64,000 nt of DNA, from the NCBI GenBank assembly GCA_965205485.1, contig OZ242180.1, positions 3,488,001 to 3,552,000 of the forward strand, given 5' to 3'. The notes under the pieces are model-generated. The model saw only the letters and a program-made list of their open reading frames with translations. It ran no database searches and was not told the DNA's origin. The position numbers and the translations under genes are program-made. This document shows, one piece after another, positions 19,737-30,307 of the stretch (position 1 is the stretch's first letter; every line of letters starts with the position of its first letter). This DNA is from Candidatus Latescibacterota bacterium. Lineage in GTDB: Bacteria; Latescibacterota; UBA2968; GCA-2709665.

Positions 19737-20477
19737 ATGGGCAGGGACAATCTCAGATTTCTGTTTCTTGACGTCGACGGCGTGATCCTCGACAACGCCA
19801 TGTGGGAAACGGAGAGCAGCAGGCTCGTCGGCGCCGCGTTCAGCGAATTGCTCGGTGGCGACGCTGACGTGTGGGCTGAGCACCAGGAACGGCTGTGGTT
19901 GCGGGTATGGAACCGGGGAAGCGAAGAATACACGGAGGCGCTGGGTCTGCGAAGGCTGAATCTGTCAAGATGGTGGGATCGACTGCATGCCGAATGGGTT
20001 CTGCAACTGTGTGACGAAGTTGGCGTGGAAGCGCCCCGCACCTTCGAAGAACGGGTCGACGTTGCCGAACGCGCATTCACCAACGTTTATCTGAACACCA
20101 GGGCCGTCTTTGCGGGCGCCGGATCGGCCATCGAGGCGCTGGCGAAAGACTTCGAGATCCATACCGCGTCCGGCAACCCGTCATGGGTGATAGAGACCCT
20201 GCTGACGGGCATGGGTATTCGTGAACTGATAGGCAGGCCGTTCGGGTCCGATCTGGTCGGCTTTCAGAAGGGGCACAGGACCTTTCACGCTCGCATCCTG
20301 AACGAAGTCGGGGCCAGGCCTCAAGAATCGATCGTCGTGGATGATCACGAAATGCCGCTTCTGGCCGCCGGGAAGCTCGGCGCAAAGACGGTCAGAGTGG
20401 GGCGCGCCGGATCAGGTGAATTCGACCTCACAATCGAATCGCTGTCCGATTTGCCAGACGCCATATCTGCCCTTTGA
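19737..20477 (+). CDS. HAD family hydrolase
   Basis: FLDVDGV motif I, ASGN, K, VVDD. Confidence 0.88.
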   Translation: MGRDNLRFLFLDVDGVILDNAMWETESSRLVGAAFSELLGGDADVWAEHQERLWLRVWNRGSEEYTEALGLRRLNLSRWWDRLHAEWVLQLCDEVGVEAPRTFEERVDVAERAFTNVYLNTRAVFAGAGSAIEALAKDFEIHTASGNPSWVIETLLTGMGIRELIGRPFGSDLVGFQKGHRTFHARILNEVGARPQESIVVDDHEMPLLAAGKLGAKTVRVGRAGSGEFDLTIESLSDLPDAISAL

Positions 20478-20614
20478 TAATCCGTCCGGTCCGACACCGT
20501 AAGAGCCTCAATGCGCGGTCATTTGCGAAAGCTGCAATGCACCACCGAAATCTGATTGCGCGTACCCGTAAGCGACCTGGACGTCAACATCGAAACTCCG
20601 GGAGTCATACGCTG

Positions 20615-21160
20615 ATGGCCGCCAGATTCATTGAACACCGACGACACACGATGCGGACGAAACCCGGCCAGCATCTCTGTCAAGCCGGCGTTGACCTCGC
20701 CAGGCGGGTCGGGGAGGGTATGCCCGCATTTGACAAAGTGTACACGAGTTCCGTCCCCCGCGCATTCGAAACCGGCGTTGCCATGGGCTATGCCGTCGAC
20801 CGTCAGGTCGAACTGTTGGCTTCGATGCCGTCGAACGCGGAAATCTCTTTCGACGTGGGATTTGGCGGATTCTCTTCCCATATCCGTCGATACCCGGACG
20901 GCGTCGTCGCGAACTTCGCCAGAGAACTGGCCGCTTTTCACAACAACGTCGCCCGGTCGCTTCCGGCAGGCGGCAGAGCATTAATCTTGTCTCACGGCGG
21001 ATTCATCGAAGCCAGTGCGGTCGGTTGCCTGCCCGATGCGGACCACGAATCGTGGGGGCCTTCCTGTAACTATTGCGAAGGGGTCAGATTGACGTACGAC
21101 GACGGGAGGTTCACGGACTGCGAAATCCTCCGGGTCCCGGGCACAGTCCTTTTGAACTGA
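20615..21160 (+). CDS. Histidine phosphatase family protein
   Basis: RRH, TSSVPRAFET, LILSHGG; GGAG upstream of ATG 20615. Confidence 0.8.
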   Translation: MAARFIEHRRHTMRTKPGQHLCQAGVDLARRVGEGMPAFDKVYTSSVPRAFETGVAMGYAVDRQVELLASMPSNAEISFDVGFGGFSSHIRRYPDGVVANFARELAAFHNNVARSLPAGGRALILSHGGFIEASAVGCLPDADHESWGPSCNYCEGVRLTYDDGRFTDCEILRVPGTVLLN

Positions 21161-21185
21161 TGCAGAAGCAGCTATCAGCTAAAGG

Positions 21186-21380
21186 CGGGTAGACGCAAGA
21201 CGGGAGAGGGTAGAGAACCACACGACACCCCACCACCTGGTGAGACGTAAGCCGGGAGAGGGTAGAGATCGCATGCCGTGTAAGGTTTCCTGTCCGGCCT
21301 CCGGCGAGCCGGTGGAACATATCGGCAAGGGCTTCTTCTACCCTCTACCGTCTCCCCGCATTTCTTCTACCGTCTACCGC
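21186..21380. repeat. Dispersed repeat family B, copy 1
   Basis: gcgggtagacgcaagacgggagaggg ... cttcttctacc..ctaccgtct; homologues at 30450-30600 (+), 53205-53303 (-), 54963-55097 (-). Confidence 0.75.
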
Positions 21381-21389
21381 GAGGGTCTT

Positions 21390-22451
21390 TTGAGTCCGAC
21401 GAGAGTCGCCGTGATCGGGTGCGGTCAGATCGCAACCACACAACATCTGCCGGCCTACAGAGAGGCAGCGGATGCCGGGGTCTGCACGCTTGTGGGCGTG
21501 TGCGATCCGGATCCCGAACGGCTGGCGCGGGCGAGCAGGCAGTTTGAAGCCGCCGGATTTCGGGACGCGGAAGCGATGCTCGAGAAGGCAAAGCCCGACG
21601 TCGTCAGTATCGCTACGCTGCCTTCAAGCCATCGGGACCTCGCGGTGATGTGCCTTGAGGCGGGATCTCACGTCCTGTGCGAGAAGCCCGTGGCGATGGA
21701 TTCGGGCGAGGCCCGGGACATGGTCCGCGCCGCAGAAACAAACTACCGGCTGCTGAGTATCTGCTTCGAATACCGGACCTGGGACGAGTCACGGTACCTG
21801 AGAGACCGGATCGCGGAAGGCGTCCTCGGCCACGTGTACGCCGTTCGGACGTGGGGAGGGTGCGCATACGGCCGGCCGGCGATCGCCTGCAGTTCACCTG
21901 GATCATGCGGCGGCGGCGTACTGGCGCACTGGTCGATCCACAACCTTGACCTCGTTCTCTGGCTGCTTGGCAACCCCGAACCGCTGACCGCCAGCGCATT
22001 CCGCCATCAGCGGGCGTCCGACTGCCCGCCGCCTGCCGGACCCCCGGCAGACGGCGTCGATCCAACGCCGCTCGATCCGGATTTCGAAGACTTCGGCGCG
22101 GGCTTTATCCGGCTGTCCGGAGACACCGTCCTGACCGTGGAGGGAGATTTTTTTCAGGGACCCTCTGACAGAAACGAGGGTTGGGCCTTTCTTGGAGACC
22201 GGGGCAACGCGTCTGTCTCGCCGCTTGGAATCTGGACCGACGACGGACGATCGTGGCGAGAGGAGGAGACCCCCCGCCTGAAGCCTTGCGACTACGATAT
22301 GCGGCAGCTGATCAACGAATTTCTGGGCGCTGTCCGTCAGGGAGAGGCGTCTCCCGTTTCCGGCAGCGAGATCGTTCGAATCCAGCGGCTCATGGACGCA
22401 CTCTACGCCTCGGCATCATCCGGGCATGAAGTCGCTGTCGCAGGAGCTTGA
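21390..22451 (+). CDS. Gfo/Idh/MocA oxidoreductase
   Basis: VAVIGCGQIA, HVLCEKP, GGGVLAHWSIHNLD; TTG start inferred. Confidence 0.92.
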   Translation: MSPTRVAVIGCGQIATTQHLPAYREAADAGVCTLVGVCDPDPERLARASRQFEAAGFRDAEAMLEKAKPDVVSIATLPSSHRDLAVMCLEAGSHVLCEKPVAMDSGEARDMVRAAETNYRLLSICFEYRTWDESRYLRDRIAEGVLGHVYAVRTWGGCAYGRPAIACSSPGSCGGGVLAHWSIHNLDLVLWLLGNPEPLTASAFRHQRASDCPPPAGPPADGVDPTPLDPDFEDFGAGFIRLSGDTVLTVEGDFFQGPSDRNEGWAFLGDRGNASVSPLGIWTDDGRSWREEETPRLKPCDYDMRQLINEFLGAVRQGEASPVSGSEIVRIQRLMDALYASASSGHEVAVAGA

Positions 22452-22472
22452 ATTATAAGGACAACACACACC

Positions 22473-23081
22473 ATGGGGCTAGTCTACATCGAGTACATCA
22501 GCCGTCTGCCAGGCATCGATCCGGAGACGTTCCGCGCGCGGACCGCTCAGGGACAGGAGGGATGGGACACCGGGTATGAGGACGAGTTGGTTCTGTCCGT
22601 CGGCCGCACGTGGCGATTGGGGCCCCAACCGGAGTACATGACCGTCTGGCACACGCAGAACGCGGGCCTCGAAAGATTGGACGCGTGGGACCGCATCTTT
22701 CGCAGCGGCGAGGCGGACGACCTGGAAAAGCCGTTCTTTCAGGTCGCGCGGATCGACGTGGCCGGCTGCTACAATCCGTTGCGCGAACCAGTCCCGGCAC
22801 GCAATGGAACGTACTATGCAGAGTTCTTCGTCGCCCGCGATACCACGGATAACGTCAGTAGCTTCTTCGAGAGCCGTGCGAAACGCCATCCTGATTTCAC
22901 GCTGAATCTCCTCGTGCAGAGAATCGGGATGCTGGCGCCCGAACCCGGCGGCCTTGCCGTCTGGACCATCCCCGATTTCGCAGCGCTGGATTCCATCGCA
23001 ACCGAGCTGGATCAACCCGACACCCCAATCAGGCTCTCAACCGCGGGGACCTATGCGGACTTCGGCAGGGAGATTCTCTGA
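22473..23081 (+). CDS. Hypothetical protein (two-repeat, NIPSNAP-like)
   Basis: Clean ORF with AAGGA RBS; internal repeat YIEY..GRTWRLGPQP / YAEF..QRIGMLAPEP. Confidence 0.7.
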   Translation: MGLVYIEYISRLPGIDPETFRARTAQGQEGWDTGYEDELVLSVGRTWRLGPQPEYMTVWHTQNAGLERLDAWDRIFRSGEADDLEKPFFQVARIDVAGCYNPLREPVPARNGTYYAEFFVARDTTDNVSSFFESRAKRHPDFTLNLLVQRIGMLAPEPGGLAVWTIPDFAALDSIATELDQPDTPIRLSTAGTYADFGREIL

Positions 23082-23161
23082 GCGCCGTTTGCGGCAAATC
23101 AGTGTGTAAGATCCACGGTATCGTGGTCGTGCACGTGGAACATTTCACCGGATCGGAATCG

Positions 23162-24460
23162 ATGCTCCTTGTATTACTCTTCTGCGCGCTGTTGACGTTC
23201 AATTTCCTCAGCTGCTCCATCGCGTTTGCGCAGAACGACCTCACGGCGGAACAGTATGAAGAAGACTTCGATTTTCTGTGGAAAACGTTCCGTACGGACT
23301 ATGCATATTTTGACGAGAAGCGGACGGACTGGGATCGGGTCAACGAGATCTACAGACCTGAAGTCCGAACGATTTCGACAAAATCGGAATTCGTCGCGTT
23401 GCTGGAGAAGGTCCTTGAGGAGCTGTACGACGACCATATACATCTGAACACGCATACGGCATCTTCACCGAACATCGTGCCTTCGCGGACCGACGTCTGG
23501 GCTGAGTGGATCGACGGAAGAGCGATCGTTACGGGAATCCGACCGGGCTTTCCCGCCGAATTCGCAGGTCTGCGTCCCGGGACGGAAATCTTCGGTTTCA
23601 ATGGAATGCCGATCGAAGACGCCGTCCGCAAGCGTATGGGCAGGTCTATTGTCCAGGCCGACGACAAAATTAAGGGTTGGACCCTGAGAAAAGTGCTGGC
23701 GGGATTCCGGAATGAAACAAGGACAATCGACGTCAGATACCGGGGCGATTCCAGGCAGGTCACCATCCCACCCGAACCGTTCGATATCGCCTATCGCTCA
23801 GAGCACCAATCGAAAGTCGATTTCCAAATTCTGGATGACCGGATCGGATACGTGGCCATCAACGGCACCCTGGTGGACAATGGACTTCTGAAGTCATTCG
23901 ACACCGCACTCGAGGAGCTGTCTGAAACCGACGGATTGATCCTGGACCTGCGCAAAGTCGGCGGTGGCAATACGGGGGTTGTTGAAGGAATTATCGGACG
24001 CCTGATTGACCGGGAACGCGTGTACCAGCGAACCGTACCACGCAATGGAGAGCCGTTTCTGAGCCGGGTCAGACCGAGAGGTAGGTGGCAATATGCAAAT
24101 CCCGTTGTCATTCTGGTGAACCGCTGGACGGGAAGTGCCGGGGAGGGTCTGGCAATCAGTCTGGATGCACTTGATCGAGCGACCGTGGTTGGAACGAAGA
24201 TGGCGGGACTGGAGGGTTCGGTCTTAACGATGCGGATGCCCAATTCGGGAATCGGATTTCAGTGTACAAATCAAAAAATCTTCAACGGCACGCTGAAGGG
24301 TGACGCGGCATCTCAAGAGTTCGTCGGATCGTCACGACGCGCGTACGTGCCATCTTTGCTTGTCGACCCACTGAAGGTATCATGGGGCGAGTCGGAGGAT
24401 CCAATCCTGAAGAGAGGCGTTGACGTACTCCGGGGTATCGGACACCAATATGACCGATAG
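23162..24460 (+). CDS. S41 family peptidase with PDZ domain, secreted
   Basis: Signal peptide, ELYDDH, GLILDLRKVGGG, TGSAGE, VVGTKMAG. Confidence 0.9.
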   Translation: MLLVLLFCALLTFNFLSCSIAFAQNDLTAEQYEEDFDFLWKTFRTDYAYFDEKRTDWDRVNEIYRPEVRTISTKSEFVALLEKVLEELYDDHIHLNTHTASSPNIVPSRTDVWAEWIDGRAIVTGIRPGFPAEFAGLRPGTEIFGFNGMPIEDAVRKRMGRSIVQADDKIKGWTLRKVLAGFRNETRTIDVRYRGDSRQVTIPPEPFDIAYRSEHQSKVDFQILDDRIGYVAINGTLVDNGLLKSFDTALEELSETDGLILDLRKVGGGNTGVVEGIIGRLIDRERVYQRTVPRNGEPFLSRVRPRGRWQYANPVVILVNRWTGSAGEGLAISLDALDRATVVGTKMAGLEGSVLTMRMPNSGIGFQCTNQKIFNGTLKGDAASQEFVGSSRRAYVPSLLVDPLKVSWGESEDPILKRGVDVLRGIGHQYDR

Positions 24461-24773
24461 GCAAATCGAACGTACATTCGGTTTCTTTCATGGGTGAGAC
24501 GTTCCGTACTTGCGTTGCAAGGCCTTGAGTTCACTTGATGAATTGCCGACCTCAACCTTGGTGGATACCGCCTGCAGGTTAACGGATTTCGAGATCGTAC
24601 ACCTCCTGAGTTGCCCGCTGAGCGAACGGAGAGAGAAGCCAGAGAAAGACATTAGCCAGTAGTGCCATCCTATACGTGCCTGATCCTTGTCCAGGAGATC
24701 GATCTTGCAACCATCCGCATTCGCGGCTATATTAAAGGGGATTATATACTTGGGTTGACAGGGGACTTGTCTG

Positions 24774-25082
24774 ATGTTCATCGACGAAGACGGGAAAGTG
24801 GACGGCGGCGACATGACCGCGGCCGAGAACCATAGGCGGGTCCACAACGAGATGGCTGGCATCACTGAGGACGACGAAAAAGAACTGAAAGGCCGAATGT
24901 CTAATCCTAAACAGATGCAACACAAGGCGTTAGTCTTTGACCGCCACGAGGAGGACACGGGCAAAAGATGGAAGTACGAGGCCAAGGTGGGTGTACCGCT
25001 GGACCCGACTGTAGTTCACGACACCCCCAAGTTTCCTCTCGGCTCAGTGATGGTCGTGCGAGAAGGGAAAGACCATAAGTAG
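24774..25082 (+). CDS. Hypothetical protein
   Basis: 102-aa ORF with protein-like composition and GGGG upstream; no motif recognised. Confidence 0.4.
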   Translation: MFIDEDGKVDGGDMTAAENHRRVHNEMAGITEDDEKELKGRMSNPKQMQHKALVFDRHEEDTGKRWKYEAKVGVPLDPTVVHDTPKFPLGSVMVVREGKDHK

Positions 25083-25169
25083 GCCGATTCCACGCCGTCA
25101 ACCTTAGTATATAATTCCCATGTTAAAGGGGTGTTTAGACAAACATGGGCTTGACGTGGCGTAGGTGCT

Positions 25170-25448
25170 ATGTCATTCAAATTCGAGTGGGATGATAACA
25201 AAGCAGCATCAAATTTCACGAAACACCGGGTGGCATTTAATGAAGCAAAATCCATATTCGAGGATCCGTTCCATGTTGATTTCTACGACCCCGATCACTC
25301 TTACGATGAACAGCGGTATGTTTTAGTCGGACAATCGGAGCGAGGTCGTTTATTGATCGTGTCTTATACCGAACGTGGCGAAGTTGTACGTTTAATAGGT
25401 GCGAGGGAAGCGACCCGAAGGGAGCGAGAATCTTATGAAGAAGGCTGA
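25170..25448 (+). CDS. brnT: BrnT family toxin
   Basis: FEWDDNKAASNFTKHRVAF, DPDHS..EQR, RLIGAREAT. Confidence 0.92.
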   Translation: MSFKFEWDDNKAASNFTKHRVAFNEAKSIFEDPFHVDFYDPDHSYDEQRYVLVGQSERGRLLIVSYTERGEVVRLIGAREATRRERESYEEG

Positions 25449-25674
25449 AGCCAAAATAGAAGATGAACTGCAGGCGGAGTACGACTTGAAGAGCCTGCAG
25501 GTTAGGAAGGTGGGACCGGGGCGAGAGGGCTTTGGCAGATTCGTCGTCCGGTTGGAACCTGATGTTGCAAGGGTGTTTCCGGACGCTGATTCCGTTAACG
25601 AGGCATTGCGTTTCCTGATACGGGTGACCAGAGAAAACAAGCCGGCGCTTTCAAATGATGCAGGTGATGACTGA
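25435..25674 (+). CDS. BrnA-like antitoxin
   Basis: Overlaps brnT; DELQAEYD, VRLEPDVARVFPDADSVNEALR. Confidence 0.85.
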   Translation: MKKAEAKIEDELQAEYDLKSLQVRKVGPGREGFGRFVVRLEPDVARVFPDADSVNEALRFLIRVTRENKPALSNDAGDD

Positions 25675-25824
25675 CACCTGAAGTGAAGGTCCGGACGCTG
25701 GAGTTCTTTTAAAAAATCGAAATCGGTACGTATGTGAATCCCCGTTGGTCCTGCTGGCTGGCGGGGATTATATTCTAATGAACAGATGTGTTTTTCGTCG
25801 GCGCGTATAAATTTTAAAACTGCA

Positions 25825-26478
25825 ATGAAATCAGTTATTTGGGACTTCAACGGTACCATTCTGGATGACGTAGGACTTGCAACACGTTCGATGAACGAAC
25901 TGTTGCGCAGAAGAGGACTGCCGACGATCGACAAGGCGGCGCATCGACGGGTCTTCAGGTTTCCCGTATCCAATTACTATCGTCATTTGGGATTCGACCT
26001 GGACCGTGAAGACCAACGAGAAATTTCCGATGAATTCCACAATGTTTACCAGGCCGGTATCGGATCGTGTTCACTGAATCCGGGAATCGCGGATGCGCTC
26101 AAGTTCCTGGAAGAACATGGAATGGATCAGTTCGTGTTGTCGGCTGCCCAAGAAGAAATGGTCGTTTCGTGGGTGCGTATTCACGGTCTTCCGGAACGAT
26201 TCAAGGGTGTGTACGGACTCAACGATCGATTGGCTGCGTCGAAAGAACAGAGATGCCGCGATCTGATTGAAGATTTCGACCTCGATCCATCCGCGACGCT
26301 GTTCATAGGCGACACGGATCACGACGTGGAAGTGGCGCGCACCGTCGGTTGCCGTCCGCTGGTCGTATTGCAGGGGCACCAGGACAGGTTTCGGTTTGCG
26401 GGCGCGGAATGTGAGATCTATGATTCCTTTCACGACCTGGTCAAAGCGCTTCCGGTGGATGGGACTGCCGGAAGATAG
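25825..26478 (+). CDS. HAD hydrolase (phosphoglycolate phosphatase-like)
   Basis: IWDFNGT, VLSA, K, FIGDTDHD. Confidence 0.9.
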   Translation: MKSVIWDFNGTILDDVGLATRSMNELLRRRGLPTIDKAAHRRVFRFPVSNYYRHLGFDLDREDQREISDEFHNVYQAGIGSCSLNPGIADALKFLEEHGMDQFVLSAAQEEMVVSWVRIHGLPERFKGVYGLNDRLAASKEQRCRDLIEDFDLDPSATLFIGDTDHDVEVARTVGCRPLVVLQGHQDRFRFAGAECEIYDSFHDLVKALPVDGTAGR

Positions 26479-26531
26479 GCGTATACAATGTATACAGTAA
26501 GGGTAACAGGGTATACAGTGAAGGAGGCAGA

Positions 26532-27443
26532 ATGAAGACCTTTCCATTGGAGTACACGGCGGCCGGCGCCGCGGGACAGATGTCGTTCCATCTGCCGAAG
26601 CCGGTGCAGTACGAGGGAAACCCGGTCCTGACGGCGACGGACGACCAGGAATTCGCGGGACAGGACGCCACGTACATCTCGGTGCTGCCGACGGCGGGCG
26701 TGCTTCCGGATCCTATCGACGCGTATTATGCCTACGTGGCGACGCACGACGGCTCGGAAATCTGGCTCGCAACGGCGCCGCACCCGCTGGGTCCGTGGAC
26801 GTGGCGGAGGGCCGTGCTGGAACTCTCGGCGACGTCGTTCACGAAGCACATTTCATCTCCGTCGGCCGTCATGCACAACGGGGAGGTCTACATGTACTTC
26901 CATGGCGTACACACGACCGGCAGGCAGCCGACCGCACTCGCGACGTCGAAGGACGGCGTCCATTTCGAGCAGAAGATATTCCCCATAATGACAACGCACC
27001 CGAATCGCAAAAACCACTGGTACGGGCAGAGCGTGAGCTACGTCCGGGTGGTCAAGGACGGCCCCATGTTCATCGGAACCTTTCAGGGCAACGGCCTCGG
27101 ATGGAACGCGCAGGCGAACGGGGTGACGACCGTGGCCGGCCTGGCGATGAGCGTGGACGGCATCCACTGGCGGCTGTCGAAAAAACCGCTGCTTGGGAAT
27201 ATGCCGGGCAGCCGGGGGCCGTTCGCATCCATCCTCGTTCGTCTGTGGGACCGCTGGCTCATGCTGTTCAACGATGATCGGGGACTTTCCGGGGCGCTTT
27301 CGGAGGGTTCGGACGTGACAGGTCCGTACGAGGACATGGGGTGTGTACTCGAATCCGGACACTGGCCGTTTCCGGTGTTTCACGAGGACAAGCTCTACCT
27401 GCTGTGCGGCGGGATCAACGCCGCTGTGATCGAGTGGAAGTAG
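26532..27443 (+). CDS. Five-bladed beta-propeller glycoside-hydrolase-like protein
   Basis: GNPVL, YYAYVATHD, HISSP, YMYFHG, ATSKDG, SVDGIHW; AAGGAGG RBS. Confidence 0.75.
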   Translation: MKTFPLEYTAAGAAGQMSFHLPKPVQYEGNPVLTATDDQEFAGQDATYISVLPTAGVLPDPIDAYYAYVATHDGSEIWLATAPHPLGPWTWRRAVLELSATSFTKHISSPSAVMHNGEVYMYFHGVHTTGRQPTALATSKDGVHFEQKIFPIMTTHPNRKNHWYGQSVSYVRVVKDGPMFIGTFQGNGLGWNAQANGVTTVAGLAMSVDGIHWRLSKKPLLGNMPGSRGPFASILVRLWDRWLMLFNDDRGLSGALSEGSDVTGPYEDMGCVLESGHWPFPVFHEDKLYLLCGGINAAVIEWK

Positions 27444-27498
27444 AGGAAGCGTACCAAGTCTAAATTGAATCGACCGAACGGATGCGGGGGGAAGAACC

Positions 27499-28158
27499 AT
27501 GAACCGAAGATTGCTTCGCACGACCTATCACGCGGAAGTTGAAGAGGTCAACTTCACACACGGGCTGCCGGCGTGGATGACGCAAACGCTGACCGGATCG
27601 TCCGGCGCAGCGACGTGTGACTATACGGATGCCTACGGCAGTCACTATTGGATGATCGCACGGGGTAACACCGGCGACGGCGTGAAGTTGATCGGGTCAT
27701 CCTTGAGCATGTCCGTCGTGAAGGTCGTGGAAATGGTGGCGGTGGGAGTGACGGTGAACGGGCCGGCGGAGTTCAGCCTGGGTTTTGTTTCGCCGGGTGA
27801 CAATCCTGCCGGGATTCAGATTGATGCGGTTCCGATTGAGGCCGGCGTATCGCCGGCCGGCCGCGTGCGGCTTGTCATGCGGGACGGGTCTACGGATGGT
27901 GAGCAGACGCTTTTCGCGGAGGGTAACGACGGTCAAATCGGCGATGGCGGGACGGTGATCGAAGACGTCGACCTGGGGGTCATCGTCAATGTCGAGACGA
28001 AGTCAGCCAAGGCGCACCTGGGGTACTCCTACGTGTCCTGCGGTCCGCAGGGCTTTCCGACCGGACAGGTGCTTGCGCCCGCCATCCGGACAAGGCTGGT
28101 CGCGGATGGAGAGGCGTCGGCCAGGGTGCGTCGGGTAACGATAGGGATATACAGTTGA
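27499..28158 (+). CDS. Hypothetical beta-rich protein
   Basis: 219-aa ORF with Gly/Val-rich strands and a purine-rich RBS. Confidence 0.65.
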   Translation: MNRRLLRTTYHAEVEEVNFTHGLPAWMTQTLTGSSGAATCDYTDAYGSHYWMIARGNTGDGVKLIGSSLSMSVVKVVEMVAVGVTVNGPAEFSLGFVSPGDNPAGIQIDAVPIEAGVSPAGRVRLVMRDGSTDGEQTLFAEGNDGQIGDGGTVIEDVDLGVIVNVETKSAKAHLGYSYVSCGPQGFPTGQVLAPAIRTRLVADGEASARVRRVTIGIYS

Positions 28159-28225
28159 ATTTTGAAAAGACGTTGACTGAAGATGAAAATCGACCCAGGC
28201 CCGCGTTCGGTATTGAGGCCGACGG

Positions 28226-29119
28226 ATGACCAATAGGTCCCGGGCGCTCGTGGAGGTGCATGTTGCGACACTCCTGTATGGATTCATCGGTCCCCTCGGA
28301 AAAGCGGTGGACCTCGATCCGTATCAGATCGTCTTCTGGCGAACGGCGCTCGCGGCCATCGTCCTCTTCCTCGTCGCGATACGGCTAAAGAGCCACGCGC
28401 CCATCAGGAGCTGGAGTGATCTGGCGACCTTTTCGGCGATCGCAGTCCTGCTTTCGGTCCACTGGGTACTTTTCTTCCAGTCGATCAAGGTCTCGACGGT
28501 CGCCATCGGCCTCGTGACGACGTACACCTATCCGGTGCTCATGGTGTTTCTGGAAAGCCTCTTCTTCAACGTCAGGCTGCGGGCCGTTGACTTCGCCAGC
28601 GCGGTTGCGGTCCTGATCGGTGTCTACTGCCTGGCGCCGGAATTCGATCTGTCCGATGCGAATTTCCAGGGGGTTCTATACGGGATGGCCTCCGGCGCAA
28701 TGCTTCCACTATTCATCCTGTTGCGCAAGAAACGGATCATCGACAGATACAATACCTGGGATATTTCAGCCTATGAATTGGGCATCGCGGGCCTGCTCCT
28801 TCTTCCATTTATGTTCTACAATGAGACCCTGTTCGAGTTGCCCGGAACAAGGGACCTCGTGCTCGTGGTGGTGCTGGGCGTGGTGCTGACCGGTTTCGCT
28901 CGAATACTGTTCGTCAACAGCCAGCGGCTCCTTTCGGGGAAAGTCGTCGGAATAACCCTGGCGCTGGAAACCGTCTACGGCGTCATCATCGCGGTCATTT
29001 TCCTGGCCGCTATTCCATCCGGCAGGGAAATCACCGGCGGGCTGATCATCCTGTCGGCCGCGGTGTTCGAGAGTTTGAGAGCGCCGGCAGATGAAGCGGT
29101 TGGTAGCAATGGTCAGTGA
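28226..29119 (+). CDS. DMT/EamA family transporter
   Basis: About 10 hydrophobic segments; HWVLFFQSIK, YTYP, LETVYG. Confidence 0.92.
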   Translation: MTNRSRALVEVHVATLLYGFIGPLGKAVDLDPYQIVFWRTALAAIVLFLVAIRLKSHAPIRSWSDLATFSAIAVLLSVHWVLFFQSIKVSTVAIGLVTTYTYPVLMVFLESLFFNVRLRAVDFASAVAVLIGVYCLAPEFDLSDANFQGVLYGMASGAMLPLFILLRKKRIIDRYNTWDISAYELGIAGLLLLPFMFYNETLFELPGTRDLVLVVVLGVVLTGFARILFVNSQRLLSGKVVGITLALETVYGVIIAVIFLAAIPSGREITGGLIILSAAVFESLRAPADEAVGSNGQ

Positions 29120-29236
29120 TTCGCAAGATCAGCGGCACACGCAAAGAGAGTTTATCGACGACGCAATGACGTTCAAGGTGAACGAAGAACCGGTCGACAA
29201 CCGACGATTGATTTCAGTTGTTCGGGAGGAAAGAAA

Positions 29237-30307
29237 ATGAAAGTCGGAAAGTTCATGATGCCGCTGCATCCGCCGCAAAAGAACCGCACGCAGACGTTCG
29301 AAGAGGATATCGAGTGCGTGTTGTGGGCCGAGGAACTCGGTTTCGCCGAGGCCTGGATCGGCCAGCACCACACCGCGATGTGGGAGCCGATTCCCGCCAA
29401 TGACGTGTTCATCGCCCACGTGCTGCCGCAGACTGAGCGAATCCGACTGGGCACGGGGGTCACCATCATGACCCAGCATCACCCGGCGAACGTGGCCGTG
29501 CGCCTTGCGTATCTCGATCACCTGTCCAGAGGGCGCATCAACGTCGGCTTCGGGCAGGGCGGCGTGCCTACCGACTGGCCGCTGTTCGATCTGCCTGACC
29601 CGCGCACCCAGGGGCTGATGAACCTGGAGGCGATGGACATCGTCTTGAAACTCTGGACCGAGGACGGGCCGTTCGAATTCAAGGGAGATTTCTGGAACGT
29701 CGCGCTGGCTGAGAAAGTCCCGGAACTGGGGTTGGGGGAGGTATTGAAGCCCTATCAGAAGCCCCATCCGCCGATCGCCATGAGCATCGTCAGGGAAGAA
29801 TCCATGGCGGCCACCACCGGCGGCAGGCGCGGGTTCCTGCCCATCAGCATCAATATGGCGCCCTCGCACAAGGTGAAGAGGCATTGGGAGATGTACTGTG
29901 AGGGGGCCACGGAAGGGGGGCGGCCCGATCCGGACCGGCGCGACTGGCGGATCTCTCGCAGCATCTGCGTGGGCGAGACCGATGCCGAGGCTCGCGAGCA
30001 TGCTCTCAACGGCGCATTCGCCGATTCTTTGATGTATCTTCGCGGCATGCTCGGAACAGCGAACATGCTGGACCTGCCGAAGATGGACCCTGGGATGTCC
30101 GACTCGGACCTCACGCGCGACTACTTCATCGATGAGATCGCCATCGTCGGCAGTCCCGACACCGTGACTCGAAAACTGCAGGAGCTGTACGACGTCACGG
30201 GCGGATTCGGCACGGTCCTGATGATCGGCCACGACTGGGACGACAAGGCGAAGATGAAGCGCTCGATGGAATTGATGGCGAAGGAAGTCATTCCACGTCT
30301 TCCATAG
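29237..30307 (+). CDS. LLM-class flavin-dependent monooxygenase
   Basis: AEELGFAEAWIGQHH, RIRLGTGV, LDHLSRGR, PYQKPHPP. Confidence 0.93.
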   Translation: MKVGKFMMPLHPPQKNRTQTFEEDIECVLWAEELGFAEAWIGQHHTAMWEPIPANDVFIAHVLPQTERIRLGTGVTIMTQHHPANVAVRLAYLDHLSRGRINVGFGQGGVPTDWPLFDLPDPRTQGLMNLEAMDIVLKLWTEDGPFEFKGDFWNVALAEKVPELGLGEVLKPYQKPHPPIAMSIVREESMAATTGGRRGFLPISINMAPSHKVKRHWEMYCEGATEGGRPDPDRRDWRISRSICVGETDAEAREHALNGAFADSLMYLRGMLGTANMLDLPKMDPGMSDSDLTRDYFIDEIAIVGSPDTVTRKLQELYDVTGGFGTVLMIGHDWDDKAKMKRSMELMAKEVIPRLP

